Source: Pyrodictium abyssi (GTDB lineage: Archaea > Thermoproteota > Thermoprotei_A > Sulfolobales > Pyrodictiaceae). Taken from it: a DNA stretch of 32,000 nucleotides. A model generated the notes under the pieces. That model was not told the origin of the DNA and did not search any database. It saw only the letters and a program-made list of their open reading frames with translations. Position numbers and translations under genes: made by a program. This document shows, in pieces, positions 30,179 to 32,000 of the stretch. The DNA lies in assembly GCF_036323395.1 (NCBI RefSeq), contig NZ_AP028907.1, positions 1,800,001-1,832,000 of the forward strand. Direction: 5' to 3'. The first letter of the stretch is position 1; each line of letters begins with the position of its first letter.

Positions 30179-31246
30179 CTATGTTATGGGTTGGGGCTGT
30201 AGCCCGCGGCTCCGGAGGAGGTTCTCTACTATCCGGACGGCTTCGCTGAACGCCCTCTCTAGGCTAGCCCGGACGGACGCACCTGCTGCCTGGGCGTGGC
30301 CTCCCCCGCCGCCACCCAGGCTCCGGCCTAGCTGCTCCATTATGTCGCGGCCTAGGTGGATACCGAGCTTCTCTACGATGCTTTTCCTGGCCCTGCCTAC
30401 CACACGGGTCTCTGACCCCCGCTCGGAGACTACTATCACGAGGTCGGCGCCGAGGTCTAGCAGAGCACGGGCCACGCTAGACTCGTAGGCACCTACGTGT
30501 GTGAAGGCTACTATGTAGTCGCCTGCGCGCACGCAGTGCATCCTCTTGGCGCCCTTTATACGGGCTATGCGCTCCGGGGGCTCCATGGGCGGCGACTGTA
30601 GCGCTTTGAGGACGCGTTCGAGGCTTGCACCCTGCTCTAGGAGCTCGGAGGCTATCCGGAGAGTCCGGGCGTTGGAGAGTATGAAGTGTCTTGTATCGTA
30701 GACTATTCCCGCCAGGAGTAGCTCTAGCGCCTTCTTGTCGAGCTCGAGGCCTAGGACGTGGGTTGCCATGAGGTAGACGAGTTCGGAGGTGGCGCGCGCT
30801 GTAGCGTCGTGGATGGCCACCTTGGCGCGCTCTACTAGCTTGTTGGACGAGTGATGGTCTATAACCACGAGGAGCACGTTGAGCGCGAAGTTTGACAGCT
30901 CTCCCAGCTGCTCAGGCGAGGCGGTGTCAACTACTACTGCCATGGCTGATTCTTCTGGTGCCTCGTCCTCGACGTCTCCAGGCTCCTTGCCTATTATCTC
31001 GCGTACTAGCCTCTTGCTTGCCTGGCTCAGCCCCTCGGGGAAAACCAGCCTAGCATCGTAGCCTTCTGCACGCAGTATCTCCCGGACCACGTAGGCGGAC
31101 GCCAGTGCGTCGGGGTCGGCGTTACGGTGGCCCATTACTACTATGGGGGTCCCGGCAGAGTCAGCTAGCTCTAGCATCTCCCTCGTCTTCTCTCTCAGCC
31201 ACTCTGGCACGTAGCCGCTCTTCGAGCCACCTTGCTGCCTCGTCAA
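30179..31246 (-). CDS. DHH-DHHA1 family phosphoesterase
   Basis: VVMGHRNADPDALASA, VVIDHHSS, C-terminal GGGGGHAQAAGASV. Probable start is internal (GTG near 31210), reducing overlap with the upstream gene. Confidence 0.92.
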   Translation of the reverse strand: MTRQQGGSKSGYVPEWLREKTREMLELADSAGTPIVVMGHRNADPDALASAYVVREILRAEGYDARLVFPEGLSQASKRLVREIIGKEPGDVEDEAPEESAMAVVVDTASPEQLGELSNFALNVLLVVIDHHSSNKLVERAKVAIHDATARATSELVYLMATHVLGLELDKKALELLLAGIVYDTRHFILSNARTLRIASELLEQGASLERVLKALQSPPMEPPERIARIKGAKRMHCVRAGDYIVAFTHVGAYESSVARALLDLGADLVIVVSERGSETRVVGRARKSIVEKLGIHLGRDIMEQLGRSLGGGGGGHAQAAGASVRASLERAFSEAVRIVENLLRSRGLQPQPIT

Positions 31247-31502
31247 TAGCCTCAGCCACTACCTCGTCGTAGGATAAGGGGGCTATCAGCCTACCCGTAA
31301 CCCTGACGTCTATGTATACCCGCAGGCTCCTCCCGTCTGGGCTTAGCTCGCCCTCTACTATTATGTCGAGTTCTTCGAGGCGCCGGCGTAGGATCTTCTC
31401 CAGGCGTGTAGATACTATCTTCTCTACGCTGGCTAGCAGCTCCTCGAGTTCTTCAGGGGTTAGAGGCTTTGCGTCCAAGCCGACGTTTACTACACGCGGC
31501 AT
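31161..31502 (-). CDS. DUF3194-like archaeal protein
   Basis: 113 aa, LTPEELEELLASVEKIVSTRLEKILRRRLEELDIIVEGEL, located between prefoldin beta and DHH genes as in other archaea. Confidence 0.75.
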   Translation of the reverse strand: MPRVVNVGLDAKPLTPEELEELLASVEKIVSTRLEKILRRRLEELDIIVEGELSPDGRSLRVYIDVRVTGRLIAPLSYDEVVAEAIDEAARWLEERLRARVAEREDEGDARAS

Positions 31503-31706
31503 ACCTGGGCACAGCCCCGGTAGACTGCGTCTTCATCATCCAAGACGTACGTCGCGGCCAGCCTATCGGCGGGGCAGCTATGCGTGGTAGACGCCTAGGC
31601 CCGGGCCACGCGTTGGTAGCTGGCAGCAAGCCTCAAAGGTTGAGCGATTCAACGCATGGCCGGCTCGCAGTGTAAAAACAGGCAAGCCTCCTCGGCGTCT
31701 GCGGGG

Positions 31707-32000
31707 CTAGCCTCCCGCGCCTCCCTGTTTACCTAGCGTGAGCCGCGTCTGCAGCTGCTTAATCTCCTGGGCGAGCTTGTCGAGCTGTTTCTTGATCTCG
31801 TCCTCCTGCTTCTTAAGCTTCTGGAGCCTTAGCTCGAGTATCTCTAGCCTATCCTTGAGCTCCTGGACCACCTTGCCGCGGTCCACGCGTACGAGTATGT
31901 TGGCCTCCATGCGGTATACCGGGGCGTCTTCCCCGGCTTCCTCTAGGAGCTTTAGGACCTTCTGCGTCTCAGCTATCTCGCTCTCAACCGCTACACGCTC
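31707..32000 (-). CDS. pfdB: prefoldin subunit beta; 5' end beyond the window
   Basis: Frame is open to the window edge: ERVAVESEIAETQKVLKLLEEAGEDAPVYRMEANILVRVDRGKVVQELKDRLEILELRLQKLKKQEDEIKKQLDKLAQEIKQLQTRL. The track start at 31910 is an internal Met. Confidence 0.92.
   Translation of the reverse strand, partial: ERVAVESEIAETQKVLKLLEEAGEDAPVYRMEANILVRVDRGKVVQELKDRLEILELRLQKLKKQEDEIKKQLDKLAQEIKQLQTRLTLGKQGGAGG

Overview
This is a high-GC archaeal chromosome segment. Its codon habits (many AGG/ATA codons, mostly TAG stops, frequent GTG/TTG starts) and its gene content look like a hyperthermophilic crenarchaeon, possibly Pyrodictiaceae; that assignment is inference. The window is densely packed with about 30 genes. 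Recognisable products are an ABC exporter cassette with a winged-helix regulator, TmcA, a lone SMC/RecF-like ATPase, a tandem universal stress protein, archaemetzincin, GatA, a cysteine-free MetE-like protein, a DUF1646-type transporter, a ThiS/TtuB-like plus TtuA/Ncs6-like sulfur-transfer pair, a CDF-type transporter, a Ca2+-type P-ATPase, a KaiC-like ATPase, an AIM24/TIGR00266 protein, an OGG/AlkA-superfamily glycosylase, a small-multidrug-export family protein, an RlmI-like methyltransferase, a HerA-like ATPase convergent with a NurA-domain protein, an MFS transporter, eL40, a DHH phosphoesterase, a DUF3194-like protein and the 3' part of prefoldin beta. I saw no rRNA, tRNA, CRISPR array or transposase. 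The best leads are: the HerA/NurA-like pair separated from mre11/rad50, with a 57-aa membrane smORF divergent to it; the cysteine-free MetE paralog; the lone ATPase with an altered Walker B; a glycosylase lacking the lyase lysine; intergenic regions with strong inverted repeats (7924-8011, 11894-11949); and a 179-bp convergent antisense ORF overlap at 16631-16809.
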